From a bacterium (GTDB taxonomy: Bacteria; UBA9089; CG2-30-40-21; SBAY01), in assembly GCA_040757115.1 (NCBI GenBank), contig JBFLYA010000011.1:1-35524 (forward strand): a stretch of 35,524 nucleotides of DNA, in the 5' to 3' direction. Of the stretch, positions 24,284 through 34,319 are shown piece after piece; within the stretch, counting starts at the first letter, position 1; each line of letters starts with the position of its first letter. A program made the translations under genes and the position numbers. Under the pieces are notes generated by a model. That model had not been told where the DNA came from. It saw nothing but the letters and a program-made list of their open reading frames with translations, and ran no database searches.

Positions 24284-25492
24284 TTATTGCTTTTCTCTAA
24301 AGGAATTAAGCAATAGATAGAGTCTGACTAAACGATTATTAAATATATATTCTCCTCGTTCATATCCAGATTTTAAGACATTAAGTCTTTTCATTCGTTG
24401 GAGAAAGTTATCAAATTTTTTCTTTTCTACATCAGAAAGCCCTTTTTCAATATTACCTTTTTGGAAAGATAAATCAAAGTCTTCCTTACTAAGTTTTGAT
24501 AAAATTGAATGATACTCTCTGCTACGCAACGCCTTGTAGACTTGTTGGTCAACAAATTTCTTGCCCGTATCTTCTGCGGCTACAAGAATTCCATTTCTCA
24601 CATCGTCTTTGTCAACAACATTATCCTTGTCTATCCAGAAAATAGTCTCACCTATAAGATGCATAATTTTGGGAAATCCAGCTGAATAATGGGATAGAAG
24701 GGACATTGCTTCATCTGTAACCTGCATATCCACAGAATTAAATGTTTTGTTAAAAAACACTTTTATTTCATTATTGTCCATTGGCTTAAGCTCAACTATC
24801 TCAAAAATTCGTTCAACGGGTTGATGATGTTGAATCATCTCTCTTCTTCTCTCTTCAACTCCACAAAGTATTAACATTAAAGGAACTTTGTCCGTGCAAA
24901 GAGCGTTCTCATCGACCAATGTTTTAATGAAATGAGCAAATTGTTTATTTTTGGTAATTCCGTTAATTTCATCAAGAATTAACATTATCCCTTTAATACC
25001 ATTATCTTTAACTCGATTCAACAACTCACGCAAGAAGGGTAAAAAACCCTGTGAGATATTTGGCCCATCAGTTTTTAACTGCTCAAGGTTTACACTAAAT
25101 CCAAAGAGTTCTTGTTGACCTATGTATTTTGCCAGAAAATCTCGAATTTTATCAGTAATGGTAGGTCTATAAACTTGCGTTTTAATTGTTGTTTCAACCG
25201 TTTTAATAGCCACACCTTCCACTGTTTCTACATTACCAAGCAATACATGAATGCCCAAAATTTGGTTATCCTTTTCTGCACAATATTTCATAAAACCAGC
25301 CAGGGAACTTTTACCAATTCCATATTCACCTGTTAGAAAAATTGCCTGTGGCTTTCCCAATTCAACTTGCTTTATTGACCTGGTAATTCGTTGAATTTCA
25401 TTTATTCTACCAATAAAGAATTCTATCGGGACAGGTTGCCCTGGATAAAATGGGCTTTTCCCTTTACTAATAATATTCATCCCTTCCCCCAT
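24284..25492 (-). CDS. Stand-alone P-loop ATPase (AAA_16/archaeal ATPase, STAND-like) with C-terminal winged helix
   Basis: SPFYPG...FIGR..EI, GEYGIGKSS, LILDE, SAGFP, GEYIF. Confidence 0.8.
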   Translation of the reverse strand: MGEGMNIISKGKSPFYPGQPVPIEFFIGRINEIQRITRSIKQVELGKPQAIFLTGEYGIGKSSLAGFMKYCAEKDNQILGIHVLLGNVETVEGVAIKTVETTIKTQVYRPTITDKIRDFLAKYIGQQELFGFSVNLEQLKTDGPNISQGFLPFLRELLNRVKDNGIKGIMLILDEINGITKNKQFAHFIKTLVDENALCTDKVPLMLILCGVEERRREMIQHHQPVERIFEIVELKPMDNNEIKVFFNKTFNSVDMQVTDEAMSLLSHYSAGFPKIMHLIGETIFWIDKDNVVDKDDVRNGILVAAEDTGKKFVDQQVYKALRSREYHSILSKLSKEDFDLSFQKGNIEKGLSDVEKKKFDNFLQRMKRLNVLKSGYERGEYIFNNRLVRLYLLLNSFREKQ

Positions 25493-25608
25493 ACAGAACT
25501 GTGTAATTATCTCGCCATAAGAATTGTGGAGGAGTTATCCTCATCCTATTATAAAATACTACATTTGAACACCTTTGTCAAGTATTTTTTTTGAAACTTA
25601 CCCACATC

Positions 25609-26063
25609 GTAACTATTCAGCCACGGATGGACACAGATGAAACACGGAAAATTCGTAACCGTTCACCGCAGAGACGCAGAGACGCAGAGAAAAAATTAAA
25701 ATCTATTCACCAGAGACAAGAAATTTCCTTTTTTTGTGTGCATTTCGGGTCTTTCGTTGTTTATTAATCTTTTAATACTTACTTTTGACTAACTGTTTTT
25801 AAGCCTTTTTAAACAGCGAAAAATGCGAGAAAAATACGAAAAAAAGATATTTTCCTCTCTGTTTCTCTGCGTCTCTGCGGTAAAGGATTACCTGAACGGT
25901 TACGAAAATTCGTAATCCGTGTCCGTTTTCCGTGTCCGTAATCAGGCTTAAGGGTTTTTCTCCTGTTGTCCTCTGCCCTCTGCTCTCTGCCTTCTGCCCT
26001 CTGCCTTCTGTCCTCTGCTATTTATCCGTGCTAATCCGTGTCAACCAGTGGCTGAATAGTTAC
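25609..26063. mobile_element. Outer MITE with GTAACTATTCAGCCAC ends, interrupted by a second MITE
   Basis: Perfect 16-bp inverted repeat gtaactattcagccac/gtggctgaatagttac; interior cacgga/tccgtg repeats and ctctgcc heptamers. Confidence 0.88.
25655..25903 (-). mobile_element. Inner GTAACCGTTCA-family MITE with 8-bp target site duplication
   Basis: Perfect 11-bp inverted ends; gaaaattc at 25647-25654 and 25904-25911. Confidence 0.92.
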
Positions 26064-26086
26064 TAATTTGATTAATAACCACTATA

Positions 26087-27013
26087 TTACCCATAAAGCT
26101 CGGCAATGCCCTGTTTATAAATTTTAGCGGAAGTCTGGAAATTCGTTAATTCATCCTCATTTAATTCAAGTTCAATTATCTCTTCTACCCCATTTGCACC
26201 TAATCTTGCAGGCACTCCAATATAAATATCTGAAACTCCATATTCTCCTTGTAAATATACAGAACAGGGTAAAATTTGTTTTGTATCTTTAATGATACTC
26301 TCCACCATTTGAACTGTCGAGGCGGCTGGGGCATAAAAGGCACTACCTGTTTTAAGCAATGTTACTATCTCACCGCCTCCTTTTCGCGTTCGTTCAATTA
26401 ATCTATCTAATGTTTTTTCATCCATTAATTCTGTAATTGGTATCTTATTTACCAGCGTCCATCGAGGTAATGGCATCATTGAGTCCCCATGTCCACCTAA
26501 AATTATTGAAGATATATTTTTAGGAGAGATTTTTAATTCTTGTGAGATAAAGTAGCAAAATCTGGCAGTATCCAATATCCCCGCCTGACCAAGCACCCTT
26601 TGAGGACTAAGCCCGGATACCTTAAAGGCATGATAGGTCATCACATCTACCGGATTAGTCACCATAATGATGATAGAATCAGGGGCATATTTGACTATAT
26701 TTAAGGTTATTTCTTTAATAATCTGGGCATTTTTATAAAGCAAATCTAACCTATCCATACCGGGTTTACGGGCAAGCCCGGCGGTAACAACTACTAAATT
26801 TGAATTTGCCATTTGAGAATAATCAGATGTGCCAATGATTTTAGTCTCAAATCCTTCTATTGGGGATAATTGAGCGATATCAAGTGCCTTTCCTTCGGCT
26901 AATCCTTCAACTACATCCACTAAAATTATCTCATCAATCAATTCTTTTTGAGCCACTAAAAGGGCAGTTGTTGCGCCGACATTGCCTGCCCCGATGATAC
27001 TAATTTTTTTCAT
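26087..27013 (-). CDS. mdh: Malate dehydrogenase (LDH-like, NAD-dependent)
   Basis: IIGAGNVG, TAGLARKPGMDRLDLL, VTNPVD, LDTARF, LGGHGD, RTRKGGGEIV, GSAFYAP; start at ATG 27013 behind aggaga. Confidence 0.95.
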   Translation of the reverse strand: MKKISIIGAGNVGATTALLVAQKELIDEIILVDVVEGLAEGKALDIAQLSPIEGFETKIIGTSDYSQMANSNLVVVTAGLARKPGMDRLDLLYKNAQIIKEITLNIVKYAPDSIIIMVTNPVDVMTYHAFKVSGLSPQRVLGQAGILDTARFCYFISQELKISPKNISSIILGGHGDSMMPLPRWTLVNKIPITELMDEKTLDRLIERTRKGGGEIVTLLKTGSAFYAPAASTVQMVESIIKDTKQILPCSVYLQGEYGVSDIYIGVPARLGANGVEEIIELELNEDELTNFQTSAKIYKQGIAELYG

Positions 27014-27033
27014 TGATTTTTTCTCCTTTTTTA

Positions 27034-27930
27034 TCAATACCTTATCATTATCGACAATCGGTGACTTGAACCTAAATCTTGATAAGGCACATAGCCATAA
27101 TCTAATTGATAAGACTCCTTAAACTTATAGCCTAACCCTACGGTTATACCCGAAAGTGGTTCATTATCAATCTGTTTCAATTTATATCTATAGCCAGTTC
27201 TCAAAAAAAGTCTTCCATACCCTTTTGCTAATCCAAAATGAACAGATGGTTTGCTGTCAAAGGGTTTATAAAAGTCTATGGCTAATAATAAACTATCTTT
27301 TTGGTATGAAATTCCACCTCGCAACAGTGTAGGGTAATCAAACTCTTTTTTGTAAATCTTCATTTTTTTCATTTCATTCCAATTTTGTAAAGTTAGACCC
27401 ATTTTAATATTTTCTCGTAATGGATATAAATAACCGAGGTCAAATACCACGCCCGTGCCCTTTTTAGCATCTATTTCTTGAGAGATTAATTTAAGACTTA
27501 TCCCAACATCTTTATGAGCCCATGAGATAATAACCGCTATATCTTTTGCCCCAAAAGTCCCTATTGGCACTAAATCATACTCATTTCTTCTGCGTTCTAT
27601 ATCGTCTATGAACAATCCTATCACGCCAAGACCGATAGTTTGTTTCTCTTTTAGAGGCACAGTCAGTCCTATAAAATCATGATTTATTTCTTCAAACCAG
27701 AGATTATGAATAAAGATAAACTGGCGGGTATTGATTTGAGATAAGCCAGCAGGATTCCAGTAAATAGCCGTAACATCATCCGCAATTGCAGTAAATGCCT
27801 CACCCATTCCCACAGCCCCTGGACCTACTGCAATTTTAAGGAAAGAGGCACAAGTTTCACCTGAATTTAATGCAAATGCTGTATTTGAAAATAAGATTAA
27901 CACCCCGATTATAATTAAAATCCTCTTCAC
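27034..27930 (-). CDS. PorV/PorQ-like (UPF0164) outer-membrane beta-barrel protein
   Basis: Signal peptide; FLKIAVGPGAVGMGEAFTAIADDVTAIYWNPAGL; terminal LDYGY...LGSSHRLSIMIRY. Confidence 0.85.
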   Translation of the reverse strand: MKRILIIIGVLILFSNTAFALNSGETCASFLKIAVGPGAVGMGEAFTAIADDVTAIYWNPAGLSQINTRQFIFIHNLWFEEINHDFIGLTVPLKEKQTIGLGVIGLFIDDIERRRNEYDLVPIGTFGAKDIAVIISWAHKDVGISLKLISQEIDAKKGTGVVFDLGYLYPLRENIKMGLTLQNWNEMKKMKIYKKEFDYPTLLRGGISYQKDSLLLAIDFYKPFDSKPSVHFGLAKGYGRLFLRTGYRYKLKQIDNEPLSGITVGLGYKFKESYQLDYGYVPYQDLGSSHRLSIMIRY

Positions 27931-27939
27931 TTTATTCTC

Positions 27940-30378
27940 CTATCTAATAATGGCTATCTTGCCCTTTTTAGTTCCTGCATCACATTTAAGTATGTAGATA
28001 TAAACTCCAAAGGCAACATCTTTATTTGAATCATTCTTAGCATCCCAGTAGACTACCTCTGAACCAGGATATTTTTGAATTTCAGTCCCTTCTTCATCTA
28101 ATGTCCGAATTAATTCACCTGCTAAATTATAAATATAGACTTTTGGGTTAGAATTCAGTGGTATATTGCCAATCTTAAGCACATCACCTTCATCAGGATA
28201 GCAAGGATTAGGATAATGGATAACCTTATCAAGTGTTTCTACTTTTAGATTTATATTTACATCAAAGTTATCCACATATTCATACCCCCCATCATCACTT
28301 ATTTCTATAGAAAAACTAACCTTATGAATAGGAGGACAATTTGAATTAACCATTATTTTATAAGGATTACTGGAGTTATTAGAAGTGCCTCTATAGGGTA
28401 TATTACCAAAAGTGGCGGTTCCGCTAATAATAGTGATATACGGGTCAGTAGTAGATAATGTGCCTGTTACTCCTGTTATTGTTCCATCCTTTAAATTTTT
28501 GAGTGTAATTATCAAATCAACTATCTCCCCTGGTTTATCAATGACATTATCAATAGTCTGGTCAATACAAAAAATCTCTTTTACCACACCTATTTTCATA
28601 GCCGGGTCGCCTAATAAATTAAGGCAGAACATTATCCAGCGGTAAGGATTATGCTCAGCACACTGATTGATAAACTCCATTTTACTTCTACCAAAAGTCT
28701 CGCCAATACAGGAATATCCTCCATTAAAAAATTTTTTAAAAAACTCTATCTGATATTCGCCGCTATATTTTTTGACATTATATTCATCAAACCAACCATA
28801 TCTTGAATTGCCAACAAATGCTACTGCACCACCATCTGGATTTAAAATCATCTCCTCACCAATACAATCACTTCCATTGGGATTTTCAAATGTTCCACTG
28901 AAATCTCCAGCAATACAGCCAATAGTGTTAAAGATAAAGGTTTTAGAGCCATTACTTAAGATTCTGACATCTATATGGCTACCAATTTCAAAAGGAGGGG
29001 CAGTATACCAGTGAGCATGATTAGCATGGACAATTAGTCCTACGCCAGAATTGATATAGGTAGTTATTCTATCGTTATCCACACCACCTTGAGTTTGATA
29101 TTCTCTAAAGATAGTATATGTTCCTGGTGTCTCCTTTGCAATCTCTTCCATAATTTCCTTTGCATCACAATTATTCTCAAGTTTATAGGCGATTAAAAGC
29201 TCCTTATAGAAATAGTCGTCTGATGATTTTTCAAAAGTAATTACTTTATTAACAAAATTAATAGCTTCTGATAAATTACTTACCGGAGCCCTTCCAATGG
29301 AAACCTCTGGCATCAAATCGATATTATCTTCGTTTAATTCCCCATAAACTTTATCTCCATCTGTATCCCAGTCCCAATCCTTATCAAAGCAGGTATAGTA
29401 AAGGTCACAGGGGATCTGGCAGTCTATCACATCTCCAAAATGTGGAACGTTTGGCACTTTGGCATATACCCCGCGATATGGAATAACATCTGTATCCCCG
29501 CCCAAAAGGACATAACAGGTTCCATAATTTTCATAGTAATTTTTAATAAAAGCCTTAATCTTTTCTTGATTATCTACACCTGGATAGTTAGTGTATATCC
29601 AGGATGTAGTAACAATTTTAGTGGTCATTGGTTTTGAGTTACATAATGATTCAAAAGCAGATACTAAATTTCCATCAGTGATAATTACATACTCATAAGT
29701 AACTAATGGGATTTGTCTTTTCTCAGATGCATAAGTATTTACCAGATGAGAATTGACGACTAATTTATTTACTAACTCCCTATCTTCTCTAAATCCTCTA
29801 AAGGTAGGACTCATAGCCTTTGTTTCAGATGATGTAAGATTCAGATTGAAATTTATTTGTTTATTCCAGAATAATTGTTTAGTTTCAGGATTGTAGCTGG
29901 CGCCAAAAACAGAAAGGCAGGCAAGATTGTAACCTCGTAACTTCTGAATAGAATTAAGTTTGATGATATTTTCGGGATAAAAATCTAAAGATAGGTATTG
30001 CGGGTGCGTAGTTTTTGAGCCATTAGATATAGGAATGGGTGGGGAAACAGGACAGATGTTGTATTCACCCTTTAATTCTATCTGTACCATAGAGGTAATC
30101 GTTACATCTTTAACCACTGCCTCTGGTGGTAAAAGCACAAAAAAGCTGCGCACCGGTAATTTGGGTCTGCCAATCTCAGCAGACTCATGACATTCCCGAA
30201 CCTCTACTATATCATAACCATTAATAGATTTTATTTTTAAGGGTTCAATATCAACTTTACAGGCAATAAATGAATTAAGGGCGTCAAATTTAGTTAAAAC
30301 ATCCTCTCCAAAAACAGGTAAGGTTATCAAATTTATTAAGACAGCCCAAAATAAAATATTTGTCTTTTTGGTTTTCAT
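27940..30378 (-). CDS. C25 (gingipain-family) cysteine peptidase with propeptide, Ig-like domain and T9SS/FlgD-like C-terminal domain
   Basis: Signal peptide; GRPKLP propeptide; YVLLGGDTDVIP, DLYY, IGRAP, HANH (His), GCIAG (Cys), GGAVAFVGNSRYGW, NLLGDP; C-terminal YPNP...IYNLAGELIR...WDAKN...GVYIY...GKIAIIR. Confidence 0.9.
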   Translation of the reverse strand: MKTKKTNILFWAVLINLITLPVFGEDVLTKFDALNSFIACKVDIEPLKIKSINGYDIVEVRECHESAEIGRPKLPVRSFFVLLPPEAVVKDVTITSMVQIELKGEYNICPVSPPIPISNGSKTTHPQYLSLDFYPENIIKLNSIQKLRGYNLACLSVFGASYNPETKQLFWNKQINFNLNLTSSETKAMSPTFRGFREDRELVNKLVVNSHLVNTYASEKRQIPLVTYEYVIITDGNLVSAFESLCNSKPMTTKIVTTSWIYTNYPGVDNQEKIKAFIKNYYENYGTCYVLLGGDTDVIPYRGVYAKVPNVPHFGDVIDCQIPCDLYYTCFDKDWDWDTDGDKVYGELNEDNIDLMPEVSIGRAPVSNLSEAINFVNKVITFEKSSDDYFYKELLIAYKLENNCDAKEIMEEIAKETPGTYTIFREYQTQGGVDNDRITTYINSGVGLIVHANHAHWYTAPPFEIGSHIDVRILSNGSKTFIFNTIGCIAGDFSGTFENPNGSDCIGEEMILNPDGGAVAFVGNSRYGWFDEYNVKKYSGEYQIEFFKKFFNGGYSCIGETFGRSKMEFINQCAEHNPYRWIMFCLNLLGDPAMKIGVVKEIFCIDQTIDNVIDKPGEIVDLIITLKNLKDGTITGVTGTLSTTDPYITIISGTATFGNIPYRGTSNNSSNPYKIMVNSNCPPIHKVSFSIEISDDGGYEYVDNFDVNINLKVETLDKVIHYPNPCYPDEGDVLKIGNIPLNSNPKVYIYNLAGELIRTLDEEGTEIQKYPGSEVVYWDAKNDSNKDVAFGVYIYILKCDAGTKKGKIAIIR

Positions 30379-31328
30379 CGTTTTTCTTGTAATTCCTTTG
30401 TGAAATCAGCACTTTCAACTGAGAAGTCGATTATCCCTTTAGCTCGCTCAATAACCGTATTTATCTCTTCCTTATGTGGGATATATTTAGCGAATTTTAC
30501 TAAATCACATTCCTTTAAAAAGTTGTTCACTAAATTGACATAATCCTGTCCTATCAGGTTTATTTTCATTTTCTCAATCAGTTCTTGAGTAGTCAACTCT
30601 AAGGCATTAATTTTATATCTTCTTTCGATATATTGTCTAATAACATCTGAAATTTGAATGTAATATTCCTTTACCAAACCCTGAGTTAGAAGATTAGATG
30701 TTCTAATTTTATTAAGTTGTTCATAGGCAATTTCGTGTGGCGGTCTAATAACTTCTACCTCCTGTTCCAATGGAGGTTTCTTTCTTTTATTCCAATAGAT
30801 TAATCCGATAACGCTTATCAGTAAAATTAAAAATATAATGATTAATATCCATATCCATTTAGTTAAATCTGCCTTAATTTCTACGGGTGGTTTTATATCT
30901 TTAATATCTTTAGCGTTTTGGGGTAGAACTGATTTTACTTCTATTTTTATCTCTTGGGAATGTATTTTCCTCTTTTCTTTATTGGGCAGTATGTATTCAA
31001 TGATTACTGCCGGTATCTTGAATTTACCTGTTTGATATGTAGTAATAATATATTCATACTGAATAAGTATTTTATTCCTTGTTTTTTGAGGTTTTAATTC
31101 TTTATAATTCAGAATCTCAAAATTACCCGGCTTTATTTCTGGAGGTGTAATCTGAACATTATTATCTTTTTCAATAACTAATGTATATTTAATCGGGTCA
31201 CCAATAGTAATAATTGGTTTATCTACCTTAACTGTTATTTCTGGTTCTTGAGCAAAAACACAGGAGCTAATGAATAAAAATGCGAAAAAAACTTTCATAA
31301 ACAAATTTAATTCCTTTATCTCAATCAC
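30375..31328 (-). CDS. BatD-like membrane-anchored protein
   Basis: Signal peptide, Ig-like domain (ITIGDPIKY), DIKDIKPP, transmembrane helix, PPHEIA, YY..ISDVIRQYIE, ALELTTQE, DLVKFAK; true start may be ATG 31298. Confidence 0.75.
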   Translation of the reverse strand: MIEIKELNLFMKVFFAFLFISSCVFAQEPEITVKVDKPIITIGDPIKYTLVIEKDNNVQITPPEIKPGNFEILNYKELKPQKTRNKILIQYEYIITTYQTGKFKIPAVIIEYILPNKEKRKIHSQEIKIEVKSVLPQNAKDIKDIKPPVEIKADLTKWIWILIIIFLILLISVIGLIYWNKRKKPPLEQEVEVIRPPHEIAYEQLNKIRTSNLLTQGLVKEYYIQISDVIRQYIERRYKINALELTTQELIEKMKINLIGQDYVNLVNNFLKECDLVKFAKYIPHKEEINTVIERAKGIIDFSVESADFTKELQEKR

Positions 31329-31507
31329 TTTTTTAAAATCTCAAGGACTACCTTCGGGGTCATCTCCTTTTTTAATAGGCAGAAGTCAGGGGACAGACTT
31401 CTCTCCTCTGACTTGAGCCAATGAAATATACCAATAAACGGATAGTAAAATTTTATCACAAAACAAATGATATGTAAAGTATTTTTTTGTAGTGTTGATA
31501 ATTTTTA

Positions 31508-31536
31508 TTGACACAAACCCAATTTACTGATATAAT
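31508..31536 (+). promoter_or_regulatory. Consensus sigma70 promoter
   Basis: TTGACA-17-TATAAT. Confidence 0.75.
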
Positions 31537-31572
31537 TTTTAACATAACCTGAAGGGGAAAAAGGAGGATATT

Positions 31573-32640
31573 ATGGCAGAGAAAAAAACACAATCAGAAA
31601 AAGTTTCTATAACAAGCACCAAGCAGGAAATACTCGATGCATACCAATCACTTCTTAAACAACTCGAAGAGAAAAGTAAAACTGAACTAAAACCAGAAGA
31701 GAAAACTGAGGAGAAAAAGAAAAAAGAGGTAGTAGAATCAGCAGATGCTCTGTCTGCGGAAGGAATTGTAACCCAGCTAATTAATCTGAAATTAGAGATA
31801 GGCAAGATGTTGACACAAGTTTCAGATAATATGGAGAAGGAAGTCAATAAATACACTGGAATTAAGAAGGCTATCGAAATCAAAGAGAAAGAATTAGAGG
31901 ATATATATGGAATAGAGCGGGCATCGGCAACATTAGCCGCTTTGATAGAAGCCCAACATCAAAAAAGAAAGGAATTTGAAGCTGAAATAGTCGGTAAAAG
32001 AGAGGAGTTAGACCAGGAAATCCAACAAACTCGGCGGAAATGGGAAGAAGAGAAGAAACTCTATGAGGCACAAATCAAAGAACAACAAGATAAAGAGGCA
32101 AAAAGACAAAAGCAGGAAAAAGAGGAGTATGAGTATGCCTTTAAACGAGAGCAACAGATAACAAAGGATAAATTTGAAGATGAAAAGATAAAACTGGAAA
32201 AAGAAAGTCAAATTAAAAAAGAACAGCTCGAAAAGGAACTGGCTGAACGAGAAAAGATAATTGTAGAGGGTGAGAAGGAATTAGACGAATTGCGAAAGAA
32301 GGTTAGTGCTTTTCCCAAAGAAATGGAAACAGCCATAAGTAAAGTTGTTAAAGAAACTACTGAAAAAATCCAGTTAGATGCAAAGAATAAAGAAGAATTG
32401 TTGAAGAAAGGATTTGAAGGTGAAAAGAATGTTCTTCTCACGCGAATTGAATCTCTTGAGAAAACAGTAAAAACACAAGAAGAACAGATTACAAAACTCT
32501 CAAATTCCCTTGAAAAGGCATATCAAAAGGTTCAGGATATTGCGGAAAAGGCAGTTGAAGGCTCTTCAAATCTTAAATCTTTTACTAACCTCCAGCAATT
32601 AGTAAAAGAACAAGTGAACAAAAAAATGGATGAAAAATAA
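31573..32640 (+). CDS. Hypothetical all-coiled-coil E/K-rich protein
   Basis: RBS aaggagg; [13 protein letters not shown]-terminus; charged heptads throughout; stop overlaps the gmhA start. Confidence 0.75.
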   Translation: MAEKKTQSEKVSITSTKQEILDAYQSLLKQLEEKSKTELKPEEKTEEKKKKEVVESADALSAEGIVTQLINLKLEIGKMLTQVSDNMEKEVNKYTGIKKAIEIKEKELEDIYGIERASATLAALIEAQHQKRKEFEAEIVGKREELDQEIQQTRRKWEEEKKLYEAQIKEQQDKEAKRQKQEKEEYEYAFKREQQITKDKFEDEKIKLEKESQIKKEQLEKELAEREKIIVEGEKELDELRKKVSAFPKEMETAISKVVKETTEKIQLDAKNKEELLKKGFEGEKNVLLTRIESLEKTVKTQEEQITKLSNSLEKAYQKVQDIAEKAVEGSSNLKSFTNLQQLVKEQVNKKMDEK

Positions 32641-33200
32641 TGGAAGAAAAAGTTTTAGCCCAATTAAATGAAAGTGCAAAGATAAAATTAAAGTTAGATA
32701 CAAAACAAATTGTTGTTGCCGCTCAACTCATCATCGAGGCGTATCAAAAAGGTGGTAAGGTGCTTTTGATGGGAAATGGTGGTAGTGCCGCAGATGCCCA
32801 ACATATTGCTGGCGAGTTAGTGGGTAGATTTAAAAAGGAAAGAAAGGCATTACCGGCTATTGCCCTGACAACAGATACATCCATCCTAACCGCAATTGGA
32901 AATGATTATAATTTCGACGAAATCTTTAGACGACAGGTAGAAGCGTTAGCTCAACAGGGTGATATTGTCATTGGTATTACTACAAGTGGTACTTCGCCAA
33001 ATGTGCTCTTAGGTATTGAAAAGGCTAATGAAATAGGGGCAAAAACTATTGGATTATCAGGCAGAGATGGTGGAAAACTGCGACAAATTGCTAATCTTTG
33101 TCTAATTGTTCCTTCAAACAATACCCCACGAATTCAGGAAGCACATATCACCATCGGCCATATTATCTGTGATTTAGTGGAAGAGACATTATTCAGATAG
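32640..33200 (+). CDS. gmhA: Phosphoheptose isomerase
   Basis: [41 protein letters not shown]. Confidence 0.96.
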   Translation: MEEKVLAQLNESAKIKLKLDTKQIVVAAQLIIEAYQKGGKVLLMGNGGSAADAQHIAGELVGRFKKERKALPAIALTTDTSILTAIGNDYNFDEIFRRQVEALAQQGDIVIGITTSGTSPNVLLGIEKANEIGAKTIGLSGRDGGKLRQIANLCLIVPSNNTPRIQEAHITIGHIICDLVEETLFR

Positions 33201-33735
33201 CATTAGTATTCGTTGCAAACGATGTTCCACCAAAATGATAGATAAAATTTGTTTTTTCTATTCTCCAGAATGCACCGTCAAAAAGGTCTTCATTGGCACA
33301 GGCACTAACAATTTTCCCAATAAAGATAGTATGGTCACCAGCGGGATACATCTCTAAAACCTCACATTCTAAATGCCCAGGACACTCTTTGATTAATGGT
33401 GGTTTAACTATTCTAGCTGGCAGAGCAGTAAGTCCACTTTCTTTAAACTTATCTATGTTTTTACCTGAGGTAGTTCCACAGAATTTGACTTGATTTAAAA
33501 GGGAAATATCCGGAATATTGATGATAAATTCCCGTGTGGATTCTATCAGTTGGTGGGAAAAATGGCTTTTAGCCACACTTATTGTACATAATGGAGGCTG
33601 ATGACTAACTGGCATTTGCCAGGCAACAGTCAGAATATTGGGTTTTCCCTCTTTTGAAATAGAGGTTACCAGCACAACACAACCACTATTTATAAGCCGA
33701 TTAGCATAGACAAGAGATACCTCTTTTTTATTCAT
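33193..33735 (-). CDS. Flavin reductase-like protein
   Basis: [43 protein letters not shown]; start moved to ATG 33735 because the ORF-track TTG is the -35 box. Confidence 0.88.
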   Translation of the reverse strand: MNKKEVSLVYANRLINSGCVVLVTSISKEGKPNILTVAWQMPVSHQPPLCTISVAKSHFSHQLIESTREFIINIPDISLLNQVKFCGTTSGKNIDKFKESGLTALPARIVKPPLIKECPGHLECEVLEMYPAGDHTIFIGKIVSACANEDLFDGAFWRIEKTNFIYHFGGTSFATNTNAI

Positions 33736-33742
33736 ATCATAA

Positions 33743-33771
33743 ATTATATAATTCCCAAATGAATTTGTCAA
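33743..33771 (-). promoter_or_regulatory. Consensus sigma70 promoter, probably giving a leaderless transcript
   Basis: Minus strand TTGACA-17-TATAAT, then 7 nt to ATG. Confidence 0.7.
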
Positions 33772-33778
33772 GGATTTT

Positions 33779-34015
33779 GTAAGCGTTCAGGTGGTGTAAC
33801 AAAAGGAGATGTGGAGATTAAGGAGATAGGGAGATATTATTAAAAAAATTGAAATTAATAGAAATTAATAGAAATTTATGGAAATTTGTTGTTTTCCACA
33901 ATCAATTTCTACCTATTTCTATAAATTTCAATCTATTTCTATTATCTTATCTCCATATCACTCTTATCTCCTTATCCCCTTTCTTACACTTTTGATATAT
34001 AGCCTGAACGGTTAC
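33779..34015. mobile_element. GTAA-family MITE with ggagat/atctcc and tagaaat/atttcta internal inverted arrays
   Basis: Ends gtaagcgttcagg/cctgaacggttac (12/13 match); no target duplication visible. Confidence 0.82.
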
Positions 34016-34272
34016 GCAATGTCTATGTCCAGGGACAAGGACCTGGCACACCCTGCTTAACCATTGAGCCAGGGATGGTGGAAGGGGTCAAAAACCCTAA
34101 TTTGGTAAAAAGGGCAACAGCAATTCTCGATGAATTTTTAGAGACTGAATTCACCTATGTTTAGGAGAGATAGAAAAAAATATTTTTCGTAAAGATTTTG
34201 AGAGGAAAATAAGGAATAATGAGTCTCTATCTAATTTTTCACCGAGGATTTCTGAAAGGGCAAATTTTTTTG

Positions 34273-34301
34273 TTGACAAAAACAATTAAAGAAGATATAA
34301 T
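34273..34301 (+). promoter_or_regulatory. Consensus sigma70 promoter
   Basis: TTGACA-17-TATAAT, then RBS aaggag. Confidence 0.75.
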
Positions 34302-34319
34302 TATTTTAAGGAGATAAAA

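Noticed and set aside
33878-34060. 60-aa ORF
   Set aside because: Read from MITE repeats
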